A DNA stretch of 63,917 bases, filler included, from Reclinomonas americana ATCC 50394 (GCA_048213135.1; 5 parts of one record of this genome joined end to end with filler, not necessarily neighbours in it); one strand, 5' to 3'. Shown: positions 38,152 to 52,200, counted from the first letter of the whole stretch. Notes: generated by a model not told the origin, from the sequence alone. Translations and numbers: made by a program.

Positions 38152-38272
38152 NNNNNNNNNNNNNNNNNNNNNNNNNNNNNNNNNNNNNNNNNNNNTTAAT
38201 TAATTAANNNNNNNNNNNNNNNNNNNNNNNNNNNNNNNNNNNNNNNNNNNNGTTCATCCTTTCTTGACGCAG

Positions 38273-41200
38273 TGCACTTGCCGGCTGCTCCGTTGCCACC
38301 CACGGTGTCGGTTAACGAGACAACGGCCACCGTGCGCATGGCCACACTTCCACCGCTGTCCCCGCATGCCGTGGTGGAAAATGTGGCCGTCGACGTGGTG
38401 CCCGTGGACGCACCGAGCAGCAGATGGACCGTCAAGGCGAACGGTACTGAAGCGATGGTGCAGGACCTTGTGCCGGTAACGCGATATCAGTTCGCCATCC
38501 GCGGCGGCAATAGTCACGGCGTCGGCCCATTCTCGCCGCTCACAGAGGCCATCACCAGCGGAAGTGCGTGTTTATTTCCGATCGGTCCTCTGGAATTCAT
38601 GCCTTTCGCTCACCGATCTCTCCATGTACAGCCAGTAAGCCGTGGCAACCACCGGCACCAGTTACTGCTGAGGTGAAATTCAGCTCGGCCACGCTGACTG
38701 TCAGACCCCCGACGCAAACCGGCGGCCTGCCCATTCTTCGTATGCGCGCACAAGCTTTCCTTGTCGGGGCCAAGACCACCATGCCAGAGTGCCCAACATC
38801 TGTCAGTGGCAGTCCAAAAGTCGATGTGCAGCAGGCGTATCTGGGGACTGTCAACCAAGTCGCGCAGAACATGACTATCTCTATCCTGGAGCCGGAGTCG
38901 GTATGTGTGTGTTGTGTTCTCGCTTCTAATGTTCCTTGTGACTAACTCCTGAGTCGGCACAGATGTACTTTGTGCAAGTACTGGTGACAAACAGCAAGGG
39001 CGCGAGTCCATGGAGCACAGGCATGTGCTTGATGACCACAGTTTCGCAACTGACTGTCGACACTGTGGAAGGCACCGGCAACGGCATGACCGTCGCCGTA
39101 CGAGTTCCGTGGAGCAGAAATGAGTTGCCTTTTTGGTTCTGTGTTGAAAGGCGCTGACTGCACTTGCACGGCCAGGCATTCACTGACGAGANNNNNNNNN
39201 NNNNNNNNNNNNNNNNNNNNNNNNNNNNNNNNNNNNNNNNNNNNNNNNNNNNNNNNNNNNNNNNNNNNNNNNNNNNNNNNNNNNNNNNNNNNNNNNNNNN
39301 NNNNNNNNNNNNNNNNNNNNNNNNNNNNNNNNNNNNNNNNNNNNNNNNNNNNNNNNNNNNNNNNNNNNNNNNNNNNNNNNNNNNNNNNNNNNNNNNNNNN
39401 NNNNNNNNNNNNNNNNNNNNNNNNNNNNNNNNNNNNNNNNNNNNNNNNNNNNNNNNNNNNNNNNNNNNNNNNNNNNGATGGAAGTTGGGAACATCTCTTA
39501 CCGCAAAGGCCAGTGCGAGAGGCATTGACACATCCGAACTGTCATCGCTGACATATTCTTGGGTGGCGATCTACAAGGAGTTTCGAATACCCTGGGTATC
39601 TTTTATTCTTCATTCACTATTGCTCATCACGGTTCTGATGCAGGACTGGGGACGCACGAGTCAAGTACTTTGTGCTGCCAGACTCGGTGGTCACCACTCA
39701 GAGTGAGCTGGTCGTACCGGCAACCGCACTGGCTGCTGGCACAGCATTTGCGGTGGAGGTGCGGGTGTCGCACCCCACTCGAGGCACAGGTGGGGGTGGA
39801 TGAAGTCGCTAACTGTCGGTGTGTGCCTTTCCTCACGCGCACTGCTCTGTGCAGTGGCCGGCCGACGAAGCACCATCGTGAATGGCGCACCGACGGTGGA
39901 GAAGTTCACTGTCGAGCCGTCATCCGGAGTCGCTTTCAACACCACATTTGTGCTGACGGCCACCAACTGCATTGACACGGATGGCGCTGTGTCGGTCTCA
40001 TTCTACTACCTTGATCCGCTCACCTCCAACACAATTCCCTTGACTAGCGCGGATGGGCCGACGTCGTCCACCAGCACCAAGTTGCCCGTCGGTACCATTA
40101 CAGTGGGTGTGACTGTGGCCGACAAGTACGGTTATCGGTACGTGCAGGAGGATGACAGCTGGTGTGACGAGAGGAGTTGCTCACCGAGCTGCTGTGATGC
40201 ATATGCAGTGTCACGCAAAGTACCACGGTGAGCGTGGTGGCGCCCGCATCTGGTCTTGTGGATGCTGCCGCCGGAGCTGCTCTGGACGCGCTGCGTGATG
40301 CTGCCTCGCTCACGGACGTTGCGTTGGAAATCTCTCTTCCTTTCACGTGACCTGCACAGTGCTCACTATTGCTGTGCGGCTGCAGAGCTCAGCACGTGCC
40401 GCCAAGCAAGTGGGCTCGGTTCTGACTCTTGTGTCGGTGGCGTCCACCAGTGGCGGAGCAGTCATGGACACGACGCAGCGTTGCGTTTGTGTTTCCGCGT
40501 TACATGGGACGCGTTGTCGCTGCGTGCGCACTCACTGCTGCCACACAGTGGTTTCCAACATCGGCACCTTCTCGAGTGCACTGGTCAATGCTGGTGATGC
40601 GGTGTCGTCGGGCCTTCTGTCACCGGATGCTGTCTTCTCGGTGTGCGGCACACTGGCATCGGTGCTCTCCACTGGCTCGTCGTCCATCGACACGGCCACT
40701 CTCAGTTCGGCCCGCGAGAATCTCGCCACTGCCGTGCTATCGGCAGCTGCCACTGGCAAGGCCGGAGTCAGTGATCTCAAATCGCTGCTGTCGGTGGCGT
40801 CCACACTGATGGTGGGCATCACCTCAAGCACAAACTCGACATCGACGAGTGGCACGAGCACGCGAAGTGTGTCATTCGACACGCGTGCTATGCAGGCGAG
40901 CGATGACACGATTCGACAGCGCATGGTCTCAGCGCTGCAGGCCGTCGCAGCACCGGCACTTGCTGTTGCGTTATGTGTATGTGCATATTGTTGCCAGTAG
41001 TTGTACTGGTCTCATTCGTGTTCGCAGTCATCATCGACCGGCTTGATTGAGATGAGCACTTCCTCGTTTGAATATCGAGCGCACGATATGTCGTCCACGT
41101 CGACCGCCACCAACATTGCCTCGTGTGGTTTGTGACGTGATTTGTGTGGCGCGTATGGAGTTGGATGCGCTGCTAACCGGATTCATGTTGCAGCGTCTGG

Positions 41201-43578
41201 ATGCGCCGCGCAAAACACCACTGCCAGCAATAGCACGGTGGTGATGCTGCCGTCGTCTCTTGTACAGTCAATTACAGGAGCGAGCAGCGAAGTCAGCGCG
41301 TTTGTGCAGGTGCGCATTGTGATGAACGCATGCGGGAGATGTTGTCGCCTACTCACTGTGCCGTCACAAGATTGATTACAACGGATGCCCGAGTGCCAGT
41401 GGCACCAACTACACGGCACTTTCTGTCAGCACCGGTCGTTCCTGCCGCTCGTACTCGGTGCAGGTACGCTTTCTCGCCTTCTCTCTTCCCTAGCCGAGAA
41501 TGACCGTAGGGATATCTCCACGTGCAGCGTGGCACCTCGGAGGTCAGCGTCAGTCAGCTGCAGGAGCCAGTGGTGATGGATGTCAACGAGTGGCAGACGG
41601 TGGTGGCCAACTACAGTGCGGTGCTGAGCAAGGCAGCCGCATGTGCGTTCATGAACTGCAGCAGCGTTGGTGAGTGTGGTGGCAGCGTGCATTCAAGTTG
41701 TCCCCGGCTTGCACCTCCCTGACATTTGCTTGTATGGTCGCAGATGAAACGCTACTGGCAGCTTCGTTCAACCAAACCACGTCCGCGCCGTCTGTCGTGC
41801 AAGTGAACTCGACACAGCTGCCGCTGTGCGTGTACTGGGATACCGCCGCCAAGGCGTATTCGACATCTGGCGTGCAAACTCTGCTGTTTGTCAATGCGAT
41901 GAAACCGGGCGTGTTGCCGACGGTTTGTGACTCGTGTGGTGGTGTTATCGATGGTTCTTGCTTGATGGCGACTGACATACTGTGTGACACCAACGCTGCA
42001 GGTCACCCGTGTGCGCTGCGCGTCCTCGCATCTCACGCAGTTCACTGTGGACATGGCGAGCTTGCTGAAGCCTCAGTTCAACTTTGCCAATCCGGCCGAT
42101 GCCGCACTGCTTCTGAAGCAGAGCATGTTTACGAGTCCCACATTCTTCCTACTGTGCGGCATCCACGTGGCCTACATTGTGTTGTTTGTGCTGGTGTGGA
42201 AGTGGGATGCCATCCGCGACAAGAAGGTGGAGTTTGTCAATCAGTGTGACCTCTTTCACTCCCTCCATTGTCATGTCACTGTGGCTCAACCGCTTTCATC
42301 GTGGCACACAGGACGAAGAGCTGGCTGCTCGCAGAGCGGAAACCGACAAGCTGATGACACGCATCCGCGCAGAGTTGGGAAGTGTGGAGGCGCAGGCGCA
42401 GCTTGCTCGAACCAAGTCGATTCTTTCGAAGACGATGCAAGCCGTGGAACGGTCGGCGACCATGACATGGGGGGCGGTGAGTTTACTCGCTTTTGGTGCG
42501 CGACTGGAGGCGGCGCGTCTCACATGCTTTCTTCTTGTTCTGGTGGCGCAGTTGGTCGGTGAAAAACGCCAGAGCAAAGTTGAGTGCGCGTTGCGACTTT
42601 GACTCGTGGCGGCGATGGCCGATACTGACCATGATGGTATATGCAGGGCGGCGAGGACGGAGAGCTGGATCGTGCCGACCGCAAGGGGCAGTCCTTTACG
42701 CATTGGTCAGACGACTCGCAGGAGGGCGCGTCGTACTTGGCCGACATTCCCACTGTCGATGAGGAAGAGGACTACGGCTTTGACGACGACAGTGGCGTCG
42801 CATACGGCACGCGACGCCGTTCACTGAGTCTCCCGGATCTGGTGCGCTGCTTCTTGACATTTCAACCGAGCTCCTTCTACATGACCTGCTAATATGGACT
42901 TGTGCACAGCAACTGAGCGCCGTGATGCTTCGTCCGAGTGATGCACCAAAGGTATGTTGTTGGGTGAAAGACTGCTTGCGTGTGTTCAAGCGTAACTCCC
43001 TCTCTCGGTGCAGATGTCGCACAAGCAGTCTCGGCAGGAGGATCGCATGGTGCACGGTGACCGTCCAGCGCCAACGCCCGCAGCTGAGGTGCAACCCGCA
43101 GTCACGGAGCCTATTGTGCAAGCGCTTACTGCAGCTGGACTGACGGCACATCGTAATCACGGTTCAATGACACCGACTCGAGCGCAAGCGAGAGCAACTG
43201 TGCCGGTTGACGTGGTCCCCGTCGAGGCAGTAACTGATGCCGAAGCTGATGTTGAAGGAATTACGATTCCAGACATCCCTACAACGGTACTCTTTCTCGT
43301 TCTCTCTCCGTTGTTATGTGGATTACTTACTTGTCCGATGCAGGGACTCAAGTTGGAGCTTGGATCGGTCGTGGAAGATGGCCCGCAAAAGGTTCGTAGC
43401 TGCCTACGATGACTTCCATTGTGCGCTCCTTGTACTTATCGCGGCTAATCATCAGAGACACGGTCGCGACAAGTCGCACAGCAAGAAAAAGAAGAGAAGA
43501 ACAACGGCTGCAGTAGAAGCACCTGCAGAGGCTGCCAAGCCAGTGGACTTGTCGAGCCCGGTGCTGTCGTTCCACGAT
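38273..43578 (+). CDS. Giant surface protein, part 3: FN3 repeats, REJ, GAIN/GPS, first TM helix, cytoplasmic region
   Basis: FN3 LVPVTRYQFAIRGGNSHGVGPFSP; REJ VNGAPT..FTVEPSSGVAFNTTFVL..DTDGAVSVSFYY; GPS CVYWDTAAKAYSTSGV..VRCASSHLTQFTV; TM FFLLCGIHVAYIVLFVLVWKWD. Confidence 0.82.
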
Positions 43579-43598
43579 NNNNNNNNNNNNNNNNNNNN

Positions 43599-43986
43599 GC
43601 GCAAGGACGCAACATCATGTTGGCGAGTGTCGCGAACAGAACCCACGACCTCGCTGTCGGACTGGCCACGCGGTGAGTCGGGAATATCATCCCACAACGA
43701 CTTATCCGCTTTGCTGCGGCGCTTCCCCTTGCGACGTTTTCGCGGAGTGGAATCGTCCTTTTGTGCGGCAACTTCCATCCACTGACCTGCCTGGTCTTCG
43801 TCACTAGGAGCGTCGGATCCATCTTGAGCCGCCGCGGTGCAACTCAGGTCGTCGACAGCAATGACGCCAGGAATCCACTGCAATTGGAAATGAGACACAA
43901 ATGTCGGACAAACTACAACAACGGCTAGCATGAATGCTCACCGTATTCAGGGTCGCAGTGCGATTGCGTCGAAGAGCCTTGTCTTC
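43599..43986 (-). CDS. Coding fragment on an inverted contig, probably continuing the giant gene
   Basis: The reverse complement continues SFHD (ending 43578) in frame as EDKALRRNRTATLNT, then an intron, then WIPGVIAVDDLS. Confidence 0.5.
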
Positions 43987-44086
43987 NNNNNNNNNNNNNN
44001 NNNNNNNNNNNNNNNNNNNNNNNNNNNNNNTTAATTAATTAANNNNNNNNNNNNNNNNNNNNNNNNNNNNNNNNNNNNNNNNNNNN

Positions 44087-44503
44087 TCCAGCGTCAGAGC
44101 CTTGAGACGAGCCAGAGCTCATGGAGCTCATTGACGAACCAGAGGAGAACACAGAGCTGTCAAACGACGCGATCGAATCGCTGTGATGAAGCGAGGCCTC
44201 CGACGAGGTGCGAGTGAACGATGCATGAAGGTCACGCATGCTGCCACCACCACCCATCTCCAACGTCGACGACGGCAAGCTGTAGAACGCCATTGCATGC
44301 TCTTCCGACACACCAGCACCAAAGTCGTACATCTTGTGCATTTGCTGTGCCTTTTGGAACTCCATGATGGTGTCTGCAACCAACAAAGCAACTGGTTACC
44401 ATCTCTGACACAACAATATCGTGCATACACAAGCGCACCATGCATCTCCTTCCGCTGCTCCTCCACGGTCTGCGTCGATGGCTTGGGTTTCTTGCGCGGC
44501 GTC
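44087..44503 (-). CDS. Ser-rich coding fragment on an inverted contig, probably continuing the giant gene
   Basis: TPRKKPKPSTQTVEEQRKEMH|DTIMEFQ..SQGSDAG ends on a full codon that runs in frame into VPPLAAAP at 44641. Confidence 0.5.
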
Positions 44504-44640
44504 NNNNNNNNNNNNNNNNNNNNNNNNNNNNNNNNNNNNNNNNNNNNNNNNNNNNNNNNNNNNNNNNNNNNNNNNNNNNNNNNNNNNNNNNNNNNNNNNN
44601 NNNNNNNNNNNNNNNNNNNNNNNNNNNNNNNNNNNNNNNN

Positions 44641-47411
44641 GTGCCTCCATTGGCTGCCGCGCCTCTCATCATCACTGGTTTGTAGACACCTGCGCCATGA
44701 ACCGTGTGCTTGTTTGTACGCTCACTTGGAGTTGTTGCGATTGTTGTGACAGAGGATCCTCTGGTTGATCCATTTGCGCCGCCGGACTCGGCACGTACGG
44801 ACCCTGGTGCAGTGGAGCGTGAGGTGCGACATGTGAAGCACGAATCGGTGGAGTTCTGGCAGGCGACATTTGAGATCCCGGCTGCACCACTGACGAAGAA
44901 GGTTTGTATGCGTTGCTTAAACCTGCAGTCACCACTTGCACAGGCGATTGACAAGAGAGAGTGGTGCAGGAAAAGGGCAAGAAGAAAAAGAAGAAGACGA
45001 CGGAGGAGACCAATGACGAGAATCAGTCGCAGCTGTTCCGTGTGCACATGTGCGACCGGGACGATCCGGCACTCAGCGAGGCCGCCGTGTGTGGTGTGCA
45101 AGGTGTGCGAGTGCAGTACTACTGCAAATCCAAGGCGGTGCACCGCAACGTCAAGGTTCAGTAGCTGCATTCGATGTGCTACATTTACTAGCACACGCTG
45201 ACACAACATGCGTAATTGTGGGGCACAGGAGGCTCGACCGATGCGTCTTTGTGCGGTGGCAACCAATGTTCTGCTGCAACAGGCGACATTTGAGGCGGAG
45301 AGCCGAGGCAGTCCACTGTCGGCGTTCTTGCTCTACTTGCGGGCCTGCAAGGTGCGACAATGTGCTTGCTCGTTCATGACCTGTGCCTGTGCCTGATTGT
45401 TGATTGTGACAATGATGAGCAGCTGGAGCGCATCCGTCTGCGCACACTGGAGTGGATGCAGAACGATTTCCGTCGCTTCCTCAACGGCAGCGTAACTCCG
45501 ATGGCATGCCGCCGCACGCAAGACGAATTCAACAGCTGGTGGGCCAACGATGGTCTCAACAATCGAGGTGAGTGATAAAGTGAGCGTTGGCGACTGTACC
45601 GGCAATAGAAGTCTCCAGGTGGGACTCACAGAGAGCGTGTCACGAACAGAGAGCCTCATTCGCGTGATGGAGCAATTTTGGCCGGTGCGTATGGACAAGG
45701 CCGAGTTGCAGCGCATCAAGGACTCGAGCGACTTTGTGTTTGTGGATCCGCCCGGAACGAAGAACAAGGACGGGTCGACGACTACACTGGATGTTGCGTG
45801 TGCACTACTGCTATGCGCTTGTCAGCTTGTGTAGTATTCTCAACAAAGGAAGTGATACGACGCACAACACACAGGATCTCTTTGCGGAGCCCGAGTCGCT
45901 ACCGAGTTGCATCTTCCTCCGGCCGGGCGTGTATCCGCCCATCACCATTCCGGCGAATTGTCGCACTCGTAGTGGTGCGCTCATTTTGATGGCGCACGAG
46001 CCGCAGATGGCAGTGGTGCAGGTGGAGAACTCGGAGGCATTGCCGCGGCAAGATCGTGTGGCGATTCGTGTCGGTATTGCCTCGCTACCGTTGCTGGAGC
46101 CTGCTGTACCTTCCCTGGATGAGCCTTCAAGGATTTCATCCAAGTACCGCATTCACCCCGAGTCCACGGTGCAGACAAGGTCGTCGGATGACACGGAGAA
46201 CTCTCAACAGCGACTGCGGCAGCAAACTGCGACCAGTTCCTCCGGCGTGAATCACAACTCCACCGTCAACGCGAGTGATTTGAGCTTCCATCTCAGCAGC
46301 GGCCGCGGTTCTGACCGTTCGCACCATTACCTCGAATCTGCCGGATCTGTCATCGCCTGGAGCGAAGCTACTGCGTCCACCATGTCGGAATTGAGTGGCG
46401 CAATTTCATCTTATGGTGGCCTTGACCGGCTGATTGCTTGCCACGGTGACGGACATGCCGACTTTGATCTGGAACCGGAAACTCATCTATCGACTCCGCG
46501 CTCCTACTCGGAACGACACGACGGACGACATGCCGACAGCACGCAACATCTCCTGTTCCGACCCGTTTCCGAAGTGCATGTGGAGAACTTGGTTATCTCG
46601 CACGACACGCTGCTTGGTTACGGACTCGGCGCAGAACTGTGCCCCACCAGCGAGCTGGCGGACCAGTTGCAGCAGGCGGCAGGCAACAAGGACAGCGACG
46701 CGATTGGTGGACCCGATGTGCGTGCCAGTGCTCCGCATTACTTTCTTCCTTCTTTGACTGATTGCATGCTGGTGCGCGCACAGAGTCGATTGCGCGCCAC
46801 ACCCGGTCGCGTGTTCTTCAACAAGAACGTGTTCACGAATTGTGTCAAGTCCATCCGCAACCCGAACCCGTTGCGTGGCGTGACGAGCCTCGAGACCAGC
46901 GGTAATGTCGTCAAGCGACAAGTGCGACTGAAGGAGCCGGTGCCTCCGCAGTTCAAGGTATGGTGGACGCTGTCCGGGTTGGGTGCATTGCTGATTTCGA
47001 TCCTGATCCACGTGCATGACGCAGTCGTGGTGGGAGCACATGTTGTTCATGGTGCGACGACGCCAGTTGCCGTACAACTTGGTGTATGCCAACTACGTGG
47101 TGTGCACGTGTCTGGCGGCATTGGTGACTTTCTTCACGCTGCTGACTGTGGCGGCGTACAAGGAGACACACCAGGATCGCGATGTGGTGAGTGGCGGAAG
47201 TGGGCGAAGCGAATGAATGTGGTGCTGGGTCATCTCTGACACTCGCGCTGCCACACAGTTCTTGGGTGCATTGCTCGGCGATCTCGGTCACGCAGCAGTG
47301 ATCGAACCACTGCGACTGGTGGTGTGGGAGATGGCACTGTGGGCGTTGGTGCGCTGGCTTGGAGTTTACAAGGATACGTATCAGCAGCAGCCGGGTGACA
47401 CGGATGTTTGA
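44641..47411 (+). CDS. Giant surface protein, C-terminal part: long cytoplasmic region + two polycystin-1-like TM helices
   Basis: Multi-exon, ending YVVCTCLAALVTFFTLLTVAAY..FLGALLGDLGHAAVIEPLRLVVW..DTDV*, which resembles the PKD1-family TM4-TM5 pattern (D....xPL(K/R)). Confidence 0.6.
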
Positions 47412-47528
47412 GAATGTAGAGCGAGGAAGTCGCCTGTTTTGCAGTGATTCAGCGTCAAAAATGGTGTTTGTTTTCTTCATTGTAGTTACGAGTTCTAACA
47501 GGGGACTGTTGCCCGCTTGTCAAGCAGC

Positions 47529-48461
47529 TTAGTGGTGACCCGCCGGGGCCGCACGCAGCGTCGGAGTCTTCGGTGACTTGGGTGTGCGCGGGGTGCCGGC
47601 CGAGGAGCCANNNNNNNNNNNNNNNNNNNNNNNNNNNNNNNNNNNNNNNNNNNNNNNNNNNNNNNNNNNNNNNNNNNNNNNNNNNNNNNNNNNNNNNNNN
47701 NNNNNNNNNNNNNNNNNNNNNNNNNNNNNNNNNNNNNNNNNNNNNNNNNNNNNNNNNNNNNNNNNNNNNNNNNNNNNNNNNNNNNNNNNNNNNNNNNNNN
47801 NNNNNNNNNNNNNNNNNNNNNNNNNNNNNNNNNNNNNNNNNNNNNNNNNNNNNNNNNNNNNNNNNNNNNNNNNNNNNNNNNNNNNNNNNNNNNNNNNNNN
47901 NNNNNNNNNNNNNNNNNNNNNNNNNNNNNNNNNNNNNNNNNNNNNNNNNNNNNNNNNNNNNNNNNNNNNNNNNNNNNNNNNNNNNNNNNNNNNNNNNNNN
48001 NNNNNNNNNNNNNNNNNNNNNNNNNNNNNNNNNNNNNNNNNNNNNNNNNNNNNNNNNNNNNNNNNNNNNNNNNNNNNNNNNNNNNNNNNNNNNNNNNNNN
48101 NNNNNNNNNNNNNNNNNNNNNNNNNNNNNNNNNNNNNNNNNNNNNNNNNNNNNNNNNNNNNNNNNNNNNNNNNNNNNNNNNNNNNNNNNNNNNNNNNNNN
48201 NNNNNNNNNNNNNNNNNNNNNNNNNNNNNNNNNNNNNNNNNNNNNNNNNNNNNNNNNNNNNNNNNNNNNNNNNNNNNNNNNNNNNNNNNNNNNNNNNNNN
48301 NNNNNNNNNNNNNNNNNNNNNNNNNNNNNNNNNNNNNNNNNNNNNNNNNNNNNNNNNNNNNNNNNNNNNNNNNNNNNNNNNNNNNNNNNNNNNNGGGAGA
48401 GGGAGGTGGGGAGAGAGAGAGACTCACCGACATAACCAGCACCGACGCAGACGACCTTCAT
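47529..48461 (-). CDS. UDP-glucose 6-dehydrogenase-like gene (first exon and probable last codons; body in gap)
   Basis: The Rossmann start MKVVCVGAGYVG is followed by a GTGAGT donor. The gap as drawn is too short for a full enzyme, so its size is probably underestimated. Confidence 0.55.
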   Translation of the reverse strand: MKVVCVGAGYVGESLSLPTSLSXXXXXXXXXXXXXXXXXXXXXXXXXXXXXXXXXXXXXXXXXXXXXXXXXXXXXXXXXXXXXXXXXXXXXXXXXXXXXXXXXXXXXXXXXXXXXXXXXXXXXXXXXXXXXXXXXXXXXXXXXXXXXXXXXXXXXXXXXXXXXXXXXXXXXXXXXXXXXXXXXXXXXXXXXXXXXXXXXXXXXXXXXXXXXXXXXXXXXXXXXXXXXXXXXXXXXXXXXXXXXXXXXXXXXXXXXXXXXXXXXXXXXXXXXXXXXXXXXXXXXXGSSAGTPRTPKSPKTPTLRAAPAGHH

Positions 48462-49208
48462 GATGGGATGGGTTGCGGTAAAAAGAGGGAGAGGGTGTTG
48501 TTGTTGTTGGGTGAGTGGCTTTCGCTCTCTCGAAGACGTAAAGAGGCAAGTGTGAGCAAACCGATCTCCAGCCTGCGGTTTTGTCCGGGAAAAAACGGAG
48601 AAAAACCGAAATCGGCTGGCTGTAAACGCATCTGAGCGTTTTTCTTCGGTGCAATGCGTTTCGAACCGGAAGTGCTTGTGTAGGTGGTGGTGGTGATGAT
48701 CGCCGTTAGAGAAAGGCTGCCAGGCTGACGGTGGGCCGCCTGCTGCTGCACGAAAATGAGCATTCAGAAAAACCGGACAGATGGACAATATCGACAAAGG
48801 CAACGGAGACTTGCAATTCGAACCTTCGCCAGCCACATTCGTCTCGCCCTCTCCTACTAAACTGACGGCACCAGGCATTCTCGTCGCTTCGCCTCATGAT
48901 CAAAAGAGGGTGGCGATTGAAAACAGAAAAAAATACGACCTCCATTGAGAGTTGTCTCATGCAAGTACTCTCGAGTGGAGACAGTGCGTTCCGTCAATAG
49001 TATTGTGTTCTTCTAACTCACGATGGGGGCGCGGCCTGGGCGGATGGTGCAATTTCGAAATCTGACAACTTTGAAACCCGGCAGACAATTGGACGACAAC
49101 GGGGGCGGGACACTCACAACACCCTCCGTCTCTCTATCGTGAGACAAGCCCTACCTGTGTTGCTGTGTGCTTGTGTGTGTGTGCGCGTGCGTGCTGTGAG
49201 GTGCCGCA

Positions 49209-52200
49209 ATGAGTCAAGCACGAGCTCCGAGTGCTGCTGCGTCTGCACCACTCGTGTGGACAGGCAACTTGCCGGTGGAGATTATCGGCGTGGTTCGCAG
49301 CGCTCGCCGTGTGTGTCACACAGCATGTGTTCACTGCTGATACTCATCCACTCGTTTGCGCTGTGTCGCTCCTCTTGCAGATTTCCTCATTCCTTGACAT
49401 TGACGACGACTTTCCGCGCTTGTGGCGCACCTCGCAAGGCTTTTGCATGCTCATGCAACAACACGTGCTGGTGGCACGTTTGCGGTTGTGTGAGCCTTTG
49501 CGCACAGGTCAGCAGTGGATGTGTGGACGTATGCGTGGTCGAATCGTCCAGGAAGTGCGTGCTTTGGCACAATGGGTCGTTCATCTTTGCGACCTTTTCC
49601 CGGACGTTGCCACGCTCTCTGTTGTCGTCAGTCAGGCAACATGTACCCGCATTGCGCCATCAGTGCCCACTCTGGCGTGTACCCTCCAAGAAGCAGCCAA
49701 GAATGCGATTTCCCAATGCTATCAGTCGCGACTGGAAGAGCTGGTGGTGTGCGCCGACGTTGCGCTGCTGGGGAGAGACGCGGCACAGGCGGCACAAATC
49801 CTGGACACGGTGCAGCAGACGCGGCGCGTGCTTGTGTCGCCTGGCGTCACAATCCACCTCGACTGGAACGACGATCCGCGTTCGGCTGCTGCCATCTCGC
49901 ACCTATTATGCGACACGTGGATGTCGGTGGCGGCAGAGAGTTTCGTTACCTCTGCTCTGCCACCACGAGACTCTCTTTGGAGAGGCACGCGCACACACGC
50001 TCTCTCTCTCTCTCTCTGCGAAGACGCGCTGTCTGCCTTGTTGTTCACGAGCACTTGGCATTGGGTGTGACCGTGTACCTTCCGCTGCAGGTGTCGCGAA
50101 CCAAACCACGCTCGCTGTTGCGACTGCGGCGGCGGCTGGTGCTCCTCCGCCTCCTCCTGCTGGTGCAGTCGGGCTGCGGATCCTGAAATCGCGTCTGAGG
50201 GACGATTTACTTCGACAAGTCGGCACTTCCACAAGTCGCGCTGCCGTTGTCGCGCATGCACTGCAGCTCGGTGAGCGATGACTCGAAGCGACCCATCATG
50301 TGCCATTCTCGCACAAGTTTTTGTTGAATGGGATCTGATGTGACAGTGCGTGCTAATGTGGCGGTTGGCCACAACGCTGGCGCTCTGGCTTGCGCGCTGG
50401 ACGACTTGTGGATTGCCCGTGTGCCTGCTCGTTGTGATGGCGTGTGGGGCAGCCGCAGCACTGTGGAGCCTGTGAGCGTCGCATATTCAAGTGCCGACAG
50501 TGCGGTAGAGCCACTCCTCCTTGGCTGCCTCGATGAACATGTTCAGCTGCGGCTGCACGGTGACGCCGGCTTCCTCCGACTCATACACGTCGTCTCATGT
50601 TGCGGCATTGCGTGTTCGTGTGTATCCGCATGTTGGTGCGTACACTGGCTCTTACCGTGCCGCAATTGCAGGGGTGCGCGAGCTTGGTTCAAAAATTCTC
50701 GACTCTCCAGAGGGATTCACTGCGATGCGACGTGCTGTCGAAGCGGTGTGCACTGCCGACATCGACATGCGATTTTCACATGAGGATCTGCGTTTGCTCT
50801 CGCGGTTCGTGCACGACGTGGTGGACATCATTGGACAGGCCCCGCATTCGCGCGGAATAGCACAGCAACAGACGCTGTTGCTTGTTGCGCGGTCCTTTAC
50901 ATATCGATGTTCGCGAGGCTTTCACGAGCGACCAGTGCGCACCGAACAAATTGCAGAGCTGTTGCCTGTGCTACTCATGGCCAGCCTGCCGAATACTGTT
51001 TATCAGCTGGATTACGCCGAGCAACGCGATTGGGCGTTTGTGTTGCTGAGTGCCATGGAGATGGACCTGTTTGACGCCACAGGCAGCTTGTGTACGCGAG
51101 CTGAGGATGCGCTGGTGGGCTTTTGCAAGTATTACATGGACGCAGGCGGCACCAAGGCGCCTCCGAGCTGCCTGATGGTTGCTCTTCCCAGCTTGTTGGA
51201 CAAGTGCGTGCACGATGGCCAGCTGGTAATCCCTGCACTAAGAAGTGTGCACAAGCTGATCTCCAGTTGCGTTCCCCCCTTGTTCTGACGTGCATACGCG
51301 CCGTCTCACTTTATCAATTCTGTTGTCTGTGTGCGCGTTGATGCTACTCAGGCATTCCCGCACTGACGCCAGATCTCATGAGCACTCAAGGCAAACTTGT
51401 TGTGCAGCTCGCTGTTGAGCGTGGCTACTCGCTCTCGCGGCCAGATGCTGCACCAAGTGATGTTGACGTCGCACGCAAGTTTGCGCTGACTGTGGTCGGT
51501 GCTCTTGGCCAAGAAGTGTCGTCGCACGCGGCGGGTGTTCTCTGCGCAACCGTGCGCTTTCTCATTCGCGAGTGTGCACTCGGCACTCCTGCGCTTCGAC
51601 GACCCCTGCTCGACATTCTCTACCGTGCCAGTACGCCCGCTGCAGTCGCTCTGTTGACGACTGATGAGGAGGACGATCAGCAGCGGGCTTGGGTCGACCT
51701 CACACTGCGCACCATGGAAACAAGCGGATCGCACGCTGAGCTTCATCACAGCTGTGCCACGCACTGCTTATCTAACTTTGTGACACGGTTCTTCGAGCAC
51801 CACCCTGGCAGTGGCGCTCCTGCGGCAGTCACGAGCGCTCTTCGTGGCATGGTGGACGACTGCTGCAACGCCAGCCGGGAGCTTGTACCGGTAGCCTTGC
51901 GACGCCTGCGCACTTTGCTTGCTCGTTGCGTTTTGCTGTGCTGTGAGCGTGCGCTAATGCTTTTTGTGACCATCGCCTTGCTCTTTTGTTGTCGCTCGCG
52001 TCGCAGTATGCCCAGCACTCATTCCAGCAGTCTCCGTCCTCTGCGTATCCGGCTCGCCCAACATTGTGCAACTGGCTGCGGAGTGCAGCATGTCACTCGA
52101 ACATCGAGTTTCGGCATCGGCCGTGAGTGACCACAGCGAGGACGGCGATGCTGTCCAGGAATTTGCATGCCAGTTTATCAATCACGTCGGCTCGAACACA

